A stretch of 64,000 nt of DNA from Corallococcus sp. Z5C101001 (GTDB taxonomy: Bacteria > Myxococcota > Myxococcia > Myxococcales > Myxococcaceae). Shown here in pieces: positions 1 through 8,625 of this stretch. The translations under genes and the position numbers were made by a program. Position 1 is the stretch's first letter; the number at the start of each line of letters is the position of its first letter. The notes beneath the pieces were generated by a model. It had not been told where the DNA came from. It searched no databases and saw only the letters and a list, made by a program, of their open reading frames with translations. The DNA lies in assembly GCF_007352635.1 (NCBI RefSeq), contig NZ_VKLU01000005.1, forward strand, positions 635,940 through 699,939. The letters run 5' to 3'.

Positions 1-414
1 CGTCGCCGGCCGGCCCAGCAGCAGGTTGCCCGCGTTCATCGGGTGGAAGCCGTCCGCGTCCTTCTCCGGCCTCACCGCGGCGATGATGGCGTCCGCGTCC
101 AGGTGCTTGGGAAGCGGCAACTGCACCAGGATGCCGTGGACCGCCGGGTCCTCGTTCAGTTGGTACACCAGCGCCAGGAGCTCCTCCTGGGTGATGTTCT
201 CGTCCGGGTGGTGCTCCCAGGAGTTGAAGCCCACCTCCCCGGCGGCCTTCTTCTTCCCCGTCACGTAGATTTTCGACGCCGGGTCCTCACCCACGCGCAC
301 CACGGCGAGTCCAGGGGTGATGCCGCGCTCCGCCTTCAGGCGCGTCACCTCCTCCTTGATTTCCGCCCGAACGCGCGCCGCCACTTCCCTGCCGTCAATC
401 AACTGGGCCGTCAT
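1..414 (-). CDS. folD: Bifunctional methylenetetrahydrofolate dehydrogenase/cyclohydrolase FolD. Only the N-terminal ~138 aa are here; the gene continues beyond the window start.
   Basis: Reverse-strand translation gives [138 protein letters not shown]. This is the canonical FolD N-terminus (PGLAVVxVGxDPAS, GILVQLPLP). The ORF is absent from the track because it has no stop codon inside the window. Confidence 0.7.
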   Translation of the reverse strand, partial: MTAQLIDGREVAARVRAEIKEEVTRLKAERGITPGLAVVRVGEDPASKIYVTGKKKAAGEVGFNSWEHHPDENITQEELLALVYQLNEDPAVHGILVQLPLPKHLDADAIIAAVRPEKDADGFHPMNAGNLLLGRPAT

Positions 415-464
415 GCGGCGCACCTTATGCAAAACTGGGCCGGAACAAGGGAGCGAAGCGACGG

Positions 465-1299
465 TATGGGCGCGGGAAAAGTTCTCGGGGCGATGTTGGG
501 ACTCATGGCCGGCCTCCTCATCGGTGGGCCCTGGGCCATCGTGCTCGCCCTCATCGCGGGCGTGGCCGTGGGGCATTATTTCGACGAACAGCACGCCGCG
601 CCCCCGGACTTCCCGGAGTTGTTCAGCGACTTCCCCGCCCCCTTCGAGCCGCCCCCGCCGGTCCCCCTCACCCAGGGCCCAGGCGAGTTCCCCATCGTCC
701 AGACCCCCGAGGACGAACCGCTCGACCGCGACGTCGTCGCCCTCTTCGTGGACGTGGCCCGCGCCGACGGCGACATGCGCCGCGAGGAGGTCCGCGAGGT
801 CCGCCGCTACTTCGAGGAGGTCCTCCACGCCGACGCCCACACCGTCCAGGCCGTCCGCCGCCACCTCAAGGACTTCCTCAGCCGCCCCGCCTCCCTGGAC
901 GCGCCCGCCGCCCTCGCCTCCTGCCTGGACACCCTGCCTTCTGGCGAACGGCTCCGCCTGCTGGACGCGCTCTACGAGATGGCGCTCGCGGACGGCCCCC
1001 TCCAGCGCTCCGAACGCGAGGCCCTGAAGCGCATGGCCGACGGCCTGGACCTCCCGGACGCCAAGGTCCAGGCCCTCGCCCAACAACACCTGGGCGACGC
1101 GACCTCCCACTACGAGGCCCTGGGCCTCACCCCTGAAGCCACCGACGCGGAGGTGAAGACCGCCTACCGCAAGCTCGCCGCCGCCCACCACCCGGACAAG
1201 GCCAGCCACCTGGGCCCCAAGGCCGCCGAGCAGGCCGCCCGCCGGTTCCAGGCCGTTCGCGACGCGTACGAGGAAATCCGCCGCCAGCGCGGCCTGTAG
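465..1299 (+). CDS. djlA: DjlA-like membrane co-chaperone: N-terminal transmembrane helix, central TerB-like domain, C-terminal J domain.
   Basis: A hydrophobic N-terminus ([35 protein letters not shown]) is followed by a TerB-like region. The C-terminal J domain ([30 protein letters not shown]) carries the HPD motif. I chose the internal ATG at 465 over the long GC-artefact extension from 43. Confidence 0.7.
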
Positions 1300-1324
1300 C
1301 CCGGGTTAGAAGACAGGTACCCCC

Positions 1325-2026
1325 ATGAGCCAGCGTCCCCCGAAGAAGAAGGAAGCGGAGTTCCAGAACAACCCGTTCAAGTCCGCCATCAAGACGCTCC
1401 AGGACCACCAGAAGCAGGAGCAGCAGGCCGCCGCCGCCGCGGAGGCCGCGAAGAAGAAGGCCGTCTCCAAGCCGGTGAAGGCCCCCAAGGCCCGCCCCGA
1501 CGACGACGACGTGGGCCTCTTCTTCTCCGCCATGGACGGCGTGCAGCAGATCACCAACCGAGGGGAAGCCCCCAAGACGAACCCGCGCCTGCCCGAGCTC
1601 ATCGACGACAACGCGGAGGCGCTGGCGCAGCTGTCCGACCTGGTCGCGGGCGACGGGCCCCTCTCCATGACGGGCTCGGATGAGTCCTTCGAGGGCGCCT
1701 CCCCGGGCGTGGACCCGAACCTGCTGCGCTCGCTGCGCCGGGGCGACTTCTCCGTCCAGGACCGGTTGGACCTGCACGGCAAGACGCAGCGGGAGGCCCA
1801 GGCCCACGTCGAGCGCTTCCTGTCCGACAGCCGCCGCGCCAAGAAGCGCTGCGTGCTCATCGTCCACGGGCGCGGCCTGAATTCCAAGGATCAGGTCCCG
1901 GTGCTCAAGGACGCGGTCCGCGGGTGGCTGTCCCAGAAGCGCCTGGAGCGGATGGTGCTGGCGTTCGCCACCGCACGTCCGCAGGACGGCGGGGCCGGCG
2001 CCGTCTACGTGCTGCTGCGTCGATAG
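1325..2026 (+). CDS. Smr-domain protein (SmrB/MutS2 C-terminal-like nuclease domain) with a Lys/Ala-rich N-terminal region.
   Basis: The C-terminal region LDLHGKTQREAQAHVERFLSDSRRAKKRCVLIVHGRGLNSKDQVPVLKDAVRGWL matches the Smr domain consensus (DLHG...e.....G.G). Confidence 0.65.
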   Translation: MSQRPPKKKEAEFQNNPFKSAIKTLQDHQKQEQQAAAAAEAAKKKAVSKPVKAPKARPDDDDVGLFFSAMDGVQQITNRGEAPKTNPRLPELIDDNAEALAQLSDLVAGDGPLSMTGSDESFEGASPGVDPNLLRSLRRGDFSVQDRLDLHGKTQREAQAHVERFLSDSRRAKKRCVLIVHGRGLNSKDQVPVLKDAVRGWLSQKRLERMVLAFATARPQDGGAGAVYVLLRR

Positions 2027-2062
2027 CTTTACGCGTGCCCGGGGCTGTGCATACATGCCGCC

Positions 2063-3055
2063 ATGGTTCGCGACCTCATTGACCTCCACATCCACGTGGG
2101 TGGCGCGGTGGCCCCGCACATCCTGTGGTCCATTGCCCACCAGCAGGGCTTCAAGCTCCCCGTCAAGAACTACTTCGACTTCGTGGAGCTCATCACCTCC
2201 CGTCCGGGCAAGGTGGGCAGCCTCGACGACTACCTGAAGATCCTCCACACCTGGACGGAGAAGATCCAATCCTCTCCCAGCGCCATCGAGCGCTCCGTCT
2301 ACGAGGTGATTGGCAAGGAGTACCGGGGCAGCCGCGTCACGCAGATCGAGCTGCGCTTCAACCCGATGAAGCGCAACCTCTCCAGCGAGCTGGACCTGGA
2401 CCACATCATCCACGCCGCGCTCCGGGGCATGGACCGCGCGGTGCTGGAGTACGGCGTGAAGGTGGGCCTCATCTTCTGCCTGGCCCGCGAGTTCGACCAC
2501 AAGCTCAACAGCATCATCGTGGAGAAGGCCATCAAGTACCGCACGCGCGGCGTGTACGGCATCGACCTGGCCGGCACGGAGCGCGACGCGATGGAGCACA
2601 AGCCCGCGCTCGCGCAGTACGAGGACCTCTACGCCCGCGCGCGCAAGGGCGGCCTCAAGTGCACGGTGCACACCGGCGAGACGGCCGGCACGGGCGCCGA
2701 GGGCCTGATGGCGGTGGTGGAGAAGCTCAAGCCGAACCGCATCGGCCATGGCATCCGCGCCGCCTACGACGAGTCCGCGATGAAGGTCCTGCGTGAGAAC
2801 AACATCACGCTGGAGCTGTGCCCCACGTCCAACATCCACACCAAGGCCGTGGCGGACCTGGACGAGCTCAAGCACATCATGCGGACGTTCTGGGACCGCA
2901 AGGTGAAGTTCACCATCAACACGGACGGCCCCTACCTGCTGGAGACGGACATGCGGCGGGAGATTGAGATCGTCGAGTCCAACGGCCTGCTCACCACCGA
3001 ACAGGTGGATCAGGCGCTCGCGTGGGCGCGCGAAGCGTCCTTCATCCCCGCCTGA
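2063..3055 (+). CDS. Adenosine/AMP deaminase family metal-dependent hydrolase.
   Basis: The N-terminus LIDLHIHVGGAV aligns with the Add motif DIHRHLDG. C-terminal CPTSNIHTKAV and KFTINTDGPYL correspond to the conserved SLNTDDP metal-binding motif of the family. Confidence 0.7.
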   Translation: MVRDLIDLHIHVGGAVAPHILWSIAHQQGFKLPVKNYFDFVELITSRPGKVGSLDDYLKILHTWTEKIQSSPSAIERSVYEVIGKEYRGSRVTQIELRFNPMKRNLSSELDLDHIIHAALRGMDRAVLEYGVKVGLIFCLAREFDHKLNSIIVEKAIKYRTRGVYGIDLAGTERDAMEHKPALAQYEDLYARARKGGLKCTVHTGETAGTGAEGLMAVVEKLKPNRIGHGIRAAYDESAMKVLRENNITLELCPTSNIHTKAVADLDELKHIMRTFWDRKVKFTINTDGPYLLETDMRREIEIVESNGLLTTEQVDQALAWAREASFIPA

Positions 3056-3060
3056 CCAAC

Positions 3061-4158
3061 ATGTACGGCCTGACCCGCGCACTGTTGTTCACGCTTCCCC
3101 CGGAGCCCGCGCACCGGCTGGGCATGTCCGGCCTCGCGGCCCTGGGGAAGTGGCCCTCCCGCTGCCGGGCCATGCGCGAGCGCACGCTGCGCCAGGCGCC
3201 CATGGATTTGTCCGTGGACCTGGCGGGGCTGAAGTTCGCCCACCCGGTGGCGCTCGCCGCCGGGCTGGACAAGGACGCGGAGGCCGTGGACGGCCTGTTC
3301 GCGTGCGGATTCTCCGCGGTGGAGATTGGCACCGTCACGCCCCTGGCCCAGCCGGGCAACCCGAAGCCGCGCCTGTTCCGGCTGCCTGAACACCGCGCGG
3401 TCATCAACCGCATGGGCTTCAACAACCACGGCGCGTCCACCGCGGCGGAGCGCCTGAAGGCCCGCGCGTGGAAGCCCGGGCCGCTGGGCGTGAACATCGG
3501 CAAGAACAAGGACACGCCGCTGGAGCGCGCGGTGGACGACTACGTGGCGTGCGTGGATTCGCTCGCGCCGCTGGGAGACTACGTCGTCGTCAACGCGTCC
3601 TCGCCCAACACGCCGGGCCTGCGCAAGCTGCAGGAGCCGGAGCAGCTCTCCGCGCTGCTGCTCGCGGTGCGGGAGCGGATGGAGCGGGTGGCCCCGGGCA
3701 CGCCGCTGTTCCTGAAGATCGCCCCGGACCTGACGCCAGAGGCCGTGGACGAGGTCGTGGACGTGGCCCTGGCGCGCGGGCTGTCCGGCCTCATCGCCAC
3801 CAACACCACCCTCACCCGCCCCCTGGAGCACGTGCACGCGAAGGAGGCCGGCGGCCTTTCCGGCGCCCCCGTGCGCGAGCTGTCCAACGCCGTCATCCGC
3901 CGTGCGTACCAGCGCAGCCGGGGCGCCCTGCCCCTCATCGGCGTGGGCGGCGTGTTCACCGCCCAGGACGTCTACGAGAAGCTGCGGGCAGGTGCCACCG
4001 TGGTGCAGGTGTACACGGGTTTCATCTATGAGGGTCCGGGGATGGTGGGGCGCATCCTCCAGGACCTGGGGGCCCTGCTGGCCCGCGACGGCTTCGCCTC
4101 CGTTCGCGACGTGATTGGCGTGGACGCGCGCGAGGGTGGGCCCGCGTCTCCAGCGTAG
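3061..4158 (+). CDS. pyrD: Dihydroorotate dehydrogenase (quinone), class 2.
   Basis: The product MYGLTRALLFTLPPEPAHRLGM...LKFAHPVALAAGLDKDAEAVDGLFACGFSAVEIGTVTPLAQPGNPKPRLFRLPEHRAVINRMGFNNHGA...VVNASSPNTPGLR has the typical class-2 PyrD N-terminal membrane-association helix and catalytic motifs. The start lies 6 nt after the upstream stop. Confidence 0.85.
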   Translation: MYGLTRALLFTLPPEPAHRLGMSGLAALGKWPSRCRAMRERTLRQAPMDLSVDLAGLKFAHPVALAAGLDKDAEAVDGLFACGFSAVEIGTVTPLAQPGNPKPRLFRLPEHRAVINRMGFNNHGASTAAERLKARAWKPGPLGVNIGKNKDTPLERAVDDYVACVDSLAPLGDYVVVNASSPNTPGLRKLQEPEQLSALLLAVRERMERVAPGTPLFLKIAPDLTPEAVDEVVDVALARGLSGLIATNTTLTRPLEHVHAKEAGGLSGAPVRELSNAVIRRAYQRSRGALPLIGVGGVFTAQDVYEKLRAGATVVQVYTGFIYEGPGMVGRILQDLGALLARDGFASVRDVIGVDAREGGPASPA

Positions 4159-4598
4159 CGGCGCGCACGCCGCTTCGCTCGGGTCCAGGCGGTCCCCCTG
4201 CCCTCCAGGGCAGGACGCGGCGACGGTGCCCTCTGGCACCGGCTCCGTGTCTGTCTTGGAACACTGGAGACTCGGGATGGGCTCCGGGCGATGATGGCCA
4301 GTGCGGCTCACCGCCCGCGACGCATCCCCACCGCCGGAGCGCTTCCGCGCCCCGGTGCGGCCCCCAACCGTGGAGGCGCCCCGGCCCGCGCTGTCATCCT
4401 GGCGCAAGTGGGTGGTCCTCTCCGTGGCGGGGAGCCTGCTCGCCGCGACGGCCTGGTGGTGGCGTTGAAGCGACCGCGCCGCTGGGCCTGCCCATGCCGT
4501 CAGCCCCGCGAGCGCTCGATCCCTGCCCTGGCGTCATCCGTCGAGACCCGCGGGCCTGCTCATATTCACCCGCGTCCTTCACACACGCGGGAGACGCG

Positions 4599-5615
4599 AT
4601 GGCCAGGAAGATGAAAGCAGTGCAGGTGCGGCAGGCCGGAGGCCCGCTCGAACTCATCGAGCGCGATATCCCCGAGCCCGGTCCAGGGCAGGTACGCCTC
4701 GCGGTGGAGGCGTGTGGCGTCTGCCATAGCGACTCCCTCACCAAGGAAGGCGGGATGCCCATCCAATACCCGCGCGTGCCGGGCCATGAGGTGGTGGGTC
4801 GCATCGACCGGGTGGGCGCTGGAGTGACCGCCTGGAAGGAAGGGCAGCACGTAGGGGTGGGCTGGCACGGCGGACACTGCGGCCAGTGTGCCGCCTGCCG
4901 GGTGGGCGACTTCATCACCTGCGAGTTCGAGCAAGTGTGTGGCATCAGCTACGACGGTGGCTACGCCGAATACATGATCGCCCCCCAGGATGCGCTCGCC
5001 CGAGTCCCTGACGGAATGAACTCGCAGGACGTCGCGCCCCTGCTCTGCGCGGGAGTGACGACGTTCAACTCCTTGCGGAACATGGACGTCCGACCTGGGG
5101 ATCTGGTGGCGGTGCAAGGGATTGGCGGACTGGGCCATCTGGCGATCCAGTTCTCCCGAAAGCTTGGCTACCGCACCGTCGCCATCTCGCGTGGGGCGGA
5201 CAAGCGACCTCTCGCGCTCGAACTCGGCGCGCACGAGTACGTCGACACGGAGCAGGGCCCCGTGGCCAAGGCGTTGCAGAAACTGGGTGGGGCGCGCGTC
5301 ATCATGATGACCGCCTCGAGCAGCCGCCTCGCGGGAGAGCTGATTGGCGGCCTGGGACGCAACGGCACCCTCTTGCTGTTGGGAGCGGGCGCGGAGCCCA
5401 TTCCCATCCAGAGCCCTCGGCTGATCATGAAGCGCCAGCGCGTCCAGGGCTGGCCCAGCGGCAACCCCCAGGACTCGCAGGACACCCTGGCGTTCAGCGC
5501 GCTCTCCGGGGTGCGCTCACGCAACGAGGTGTTTCCGCTCGACCGAGCGGCGGATGCCTATGAGCGGATGATGAGCAACCACGCTCGCTTCCGGGTGGTG
5601 CTCAAGATGCGCTGA
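4599..5615 (+). CDS. Zinc-dependent alcohol dehydrogenase (MDR superfamily).
   Basis: The catalytic Zn motif GVCHSD, the structural Zn Cys cluster CGQCAACRVGDFITC and the Rossmann motif VQGIGGLGH are all present. I chose the internal ATG (MARKMKAVQV) as the start. Confidence 0.8.
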   Translation: MARKMKAVQVRQAGGPLELIERDIPEPGPGQVRLAVEACGVCHSDSLTKEGGMPIQYPRVPGHEVVGRIDRVGAGVTAWKEGQHVGVGWHGGHCGQCAACRVGDFITCEFEQVCGISYDGGYAEYMIAPQDALARVPDGMNSQDVAPLLCAGVTTFNSLRNMDVRPGDLVAVQGIGGLGHLAIQFSRKLGYRTVAISRGADKRPLALELGAHEYVDTEQGPVAKALQKLGGARVIMMTASSSRLAGELIGGLGRNGTLLLLGAGAEPIPIQSPRLIMKRQRVQGWPSGNPQDSQDTLAFSALSGVRSRNEVFPLDRAADAYERMMSNHARFRVVLKMR

Positions 5616-5630
5616 ACACAGCCCCCCTGC

Positions 5631-5658
5631 GCGCGGAGGGCCGCGCCGCCCTCCGCGC
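5631..5658 (+). terminator. GC-rich hairpin just downstream of the ADH stop: 11-bp perfect stem (GCGCGGAGGGC/GCCCTCCGCGC) with a 6-nt loop and no U-tract.
   Basis: The inverted repeat is read directly from the sequence. The missing T-tract makes intrinsic-terminator function uncertain. Confidence 0.3.
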
Positions 5659-5942
5659 CTCGGCAATGGCACCGGGAGGTCTTCATCCACCCCAGCCTCC
5701 CCCACCCTGGTCATTCCGAACTTGCGCACCTGCAAACCTGCTCAGTGGCGCACAGCCTCCGGATGCCTTTCGAGCGTCCCCGCCCTCCCCCCCGGGCGGA
5801 AATCCTCGGGCCTGTGATCGCGCGGGAAGACAATCGCAGACACCGGCGCGCCGGGCCGGGCCCTGCGGCGCGGGCCTACACGGACCTGGGACCGTCGATT
5901 CGGTGCGTGCGCGGGCCCAGGCGCTTGGGTATAGCGGCGCCC

Positions 5943-6905
5943 ATGCCCACCCTCCTCCTCAGCGCCAAGGACTTGCGCGGCCTCTACACCGTCGAACTCG
6001 GACTGGAAGCGGTTGAACGCGCCTTCCGGGCCCACGGTCGCGGCGACGCGCTGATGCCCCCCAAGGTGTACCTGTCCCTGCCCAAATATGACGGCGACTT
6101 CCGCGCCATGCCCGCGTTCCTCGACGGGGCGGCGGGCGTGAAGTGGGTCAACGCCCATCCGAACAACCCGCGCAAGCACGGCCTGCCCACGGTGCGCGCC
6201 GTCTACGTCCTCAGCGATCCGGACACCGCGTCCCCGCTGGCCATCCTGGACGGCACGCTGCTCACCGCGTGGCGCACCGGCGCCGCGGGCGGCATCGCGT
6301 CCAAGTACCTGGCCCGGAAGCAGCCCCGCACGCTGGGGCTGGTGGGCTGCGGCGTGCAGGCCCGTGTCCTCATCGACGCGCACCGCGCCCTCTTCGGCGA
6401 CCTGGAGCTGCTGCTGGCGGACGTGTCCTCCCAGGCCGCGGAGGCCCTTCAGAAGGAGAAGGGCGGCCGCGTCGTCAGCCTCCAGGAGGCCTCCGGCGCC
6501 GACATCGTCTGCTCCGCCACGCCCGCACGCGCTCCGGTGGTCCGCCGCGAGTGGGTCCAGCCCGGCGCCCACCTCAACGCCATGGGCGCGGACGCCCCCG
6601 GCAAGCAGGAGCTGGATCCGCGCCTGCTCGTCGAAGGGCGCGTCTTCATCGACGACGCGGACCAGGCGCTGCACTCCGGAGAGGTCAACGTGCCGCTGCA
6701 CGACGGCCTGCTCCAGGCCGGGCAGCTCGCCGGCACCCTGGGCGAGGTCGTCGCGGGCCGCAAGCCGGGCCGCACCGGCGACGAAATCACCGTCTTCGAC
6801 TCCACCGGCCTCGCCGTGCAGGACGTGGCGCTGGCCCGCGCGCTCTACGACGTGGCCCTCGCGAAGGGAGTCGGCCAGAAGTTCGACCTCGTCGAGGACG
6901 CCTGA
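5943..6905 (+). CDS. Ornithine cyclodeaminase / mu-crystallin family protein (archaeal-type alanine dehydrogenase-like).
   Basis: The product MPTLLLSAKDLRGLYTVELGLEAVERAF...KWVNAHPNNPRKHGLPTVRAVYVLSD...LGLVGCGVQAR shows the OCD/mu-crystallin Rossmann and substrate motifs. I chose the internal ATG start. Confidence 0.7.
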   Translation: MPTLLLSAKDLRGLYTVELGLEAVERAFRAHGRGDALMPPKVYLSLPKYDGDFRAMPAFLDGAAGVKWVNAHPNNPRKHGLPTVRAVYVLSDPDTASPLAILDGTLLTAWRTGAAGGIASKYLARKQPRTLGLVGCGVQARVLIDAHRALFGDLELLLADVSSQAAEALQKEKGGRVVSLQEASGADIVCSATPARAPVVRREWVQPGAHLNAMGADAPGKQELDPRLLVEGRVFIDDADQALHSGEVNVPLHDGLLQAGQLAGTLGEVVAGRKPGRTGDEITVFDSTGLAVQDVALARALYDVALAKGVGQKFDLVEDA

Positions 6906-7490
6906 GGCCCGCGGGAGCCCCCCAGGGGAGCCCCCTGGGGCTCCCACCTCGGACGTCCCCCGCCTGGGAGGGACCCGTCAGGACGCCCGGCTGTGTTTCA
7001 GTGAGATGAAAAAATAGAGCGCTCGCCGGCACCTTGGAGTTTTACCGGCGAGCGCCCCGGGCCGCGTGCCGACTGGCAGGGCCTCGTAAAGTCGCGGCGG
7101 ATGCGAAGCGGCCTCTGGCCCACCTCGCGCCACCTTCATGTGTCCACCGTACGCCCCGCGTCCCGTGTTTCCGGGCCCCGCGCTCAGCGTCCGTTTCCTT
7201 CAAAACCCTTGCTCATCCGCGGTGATTCCTTCCCCGCCTGATCAGGGCCCCTCAGGGTGCGCACGCCCGCCGTCACCGGCAACACCCGAGGCGCCATTAC
7301 CACACCCTTCCCATCAATCTCCACGAAAATCGAGCTATTCCCATCTATAACCTGCACACACGGGGTGCCACAGGGCGGAATGCCTCCCCTTTCCTACGAA
7401 CGCGCCCGCCCCCAATTGCTTGAGGACGGGCGTGGATTTTCCACATCGGTCTGACATTTCCCCGGCCCCCGGGGGCGGGTTTCAGCGGAA

Positions 7491-8615
7491 TTACAGTTCT
7501 GCCACCTGACGGTACAGCGCGTCATGCTGGCGCACCATCTTCTCCAGGGTCAGCTCCCGGGCGACGAAGGCGCGGGCGGCCTTGCCCATCTTCCGTGCCT
7601 CCTGGGGTTGGGCGAGCAGCCGGCGGAAGGCCTGGGCCAGCTGCGCGGGCCGCTCGGGCTCCACCAGGAGCCCTCGCTCGCCGTGCACGATGAGGTCCGG
7701 ATTGCCGCCCACCCGCGTCACGACCATGGGCAGCCCCGCCGCCATGCCCTCCATCACCGCGTTGGACATGCCCTCTGCGGTGGAGCACAGGACGCCGAAG
7801 GTGGCCCGCCCGTAGAGGGCTGGCACGTCCGTGCGGTGCTTGAGGAAGTGCACGCCATCCGACACTCCCAGGTCGTGCGCCATCTTCTCCAGCCCCGGTC
7901 GGCGCGGGCCGTCGCCCACGAACCACGCGTTCAGCCGCGCGCCCTCATGACGCAGCATGGCAAGCGCGAGGAGCAGGTCCTCCTGCCGTTTCACGGGGTG
8001 GCTCATGTTGGCCACGTGGACCACGGTGGGCAGGCCGCCGGTGTCTGGAAGCGGATCCTTGAGGCCTTCGGCGACGCGCGCGTCGAAGCGCTGCAGGTCC
8101 AGGCCGTTGTGGATGACGGAGATGCGCGAGGAGGGCAGCCCCTCCTCGTTCATGAGCAGCGTGCGGATGGCCTCCGCGTTGGCGATGACGTGGTCCGCCA
8201 TGCGCGTCACCTGCGTATGCAGCAGGCGGCGGGCCTTGCCCTGCCAGTGGGACAGGTCCAGGCGCCCGACGATGACCTTCGAGCCCGCGAGCTTCGCGGC
8301 CGGGACGGCGATGATGCTGGAGTAGAAGTCGTGCACGTGCACCAGTTGCACGCGGTTCTTCTTGAGCCAGCGAGACAGGCGGACGACCTGCAGCGCCGTG
8401 TTGGGCTGGACGAGCGTTCCCTTGAGGGAGAACACCTCCGGCGCGTGGCCCAGCTTCCAGACCGCGCCCATCAGCGGCCCGGCGTCCTCCAGCACCGACA
8501 CCTGCAAACGGTAGCTGGGGGGCAGGCCCCGCAGCAGCTCCAGCACCTGGACCTCGGTGCCGCCAATGTGGAACGACCGTGTGAATTGCACCAGTCGGAG
8601 GGGCTCCCGCCCCAT
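7491..8615 (-). CDS. Glycosyltransferase family 4 (GT-B fold).
   Basis: The C-terminal half (...TAEGMSNAVMEGMAAGLPMVVTRVGGNPDLIVHGERGLLVEPE) is the GT4 EX7E region. I prefer the ATG at 8615 (MGREPL...) because a GAGGAA Shine-Dalgarno sits 6 nt upstream. The longer ORF from 8636 would overlap the upstream ligase by 11 nt. Confidence 0.8.
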   Translation of the reverse strand: MGREPLRLVQFTRSFHIGGTEVQVLELLRGLPPSYRLQVSVLEDAGPLMGAVWKLGHAPEVFSLKGTLVQPNTALQVVRLSRWLKKNRVQLVHVHDFYSSIIAVPAAKLAGSKVIVGRLDLSHWQGKARRLLHTQVTRMADHVIANAEAIRTLLMNEEGLPSSRISVIHNGLDLQRFDARVAEGLKDPLPDTGGLPTVVHVANMSHPVKRQEDLLLALAMLRHEGARLNAWFVGDGPRRPGLEKMAHDLGVSDGVHFLKHRTDVPALYGRATFGVLCSTAEGMSNAVMEGMAAGLPMVVTRVGGNPDLIVHGERGLLVEPERPAQLAQAFRRLLAQPQEARKMGKAARAFVARELTLEKMVRQHDALYRQVAEL

Positions 8616-8625
8616 CCGTGCTTCC

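Noticed and set aside
1127-3082. 651-aa minus-strand ORF spanning the djlA, smr and adenosine-deaminase genes. Similar very long antisense or out-of-frame ORFs occur at 3010-4407 (-), 5742-6947 (-), 7524-8804 (+), 10090-12690 (+), 15807-21191 (-), 22244-26122 (+), 26123-29728 (+), 33569-36388 (+), 41214-43316 (+) and 59723-62701 (-).
   Set aside because: These are high-GC artefacts: stop codons are rare in every frame at about 70% GC. Their translations are Arg/Ala/Gly/Pro-rich low-complexity sequence with no domain signatures. Each one overlaps an opposite- or other-frame ORF with clear homology-type motifs (P-loops, HEWGH, CxxCH, Toprim and so on) and the expected GC3 bias.
3468-4031. 187-aa plus-strand ORF (Ala/Arg/Gly-rich) inside pyrD in another frame, and similar short ORFs throughout the track (e.g. 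576-776, 1680-1880, 12610-13014).
   Set aside because: They are embedded out of frame within well-supported genes and are low-complexity, a typical high-GC overprediction. No independent motif support exists.
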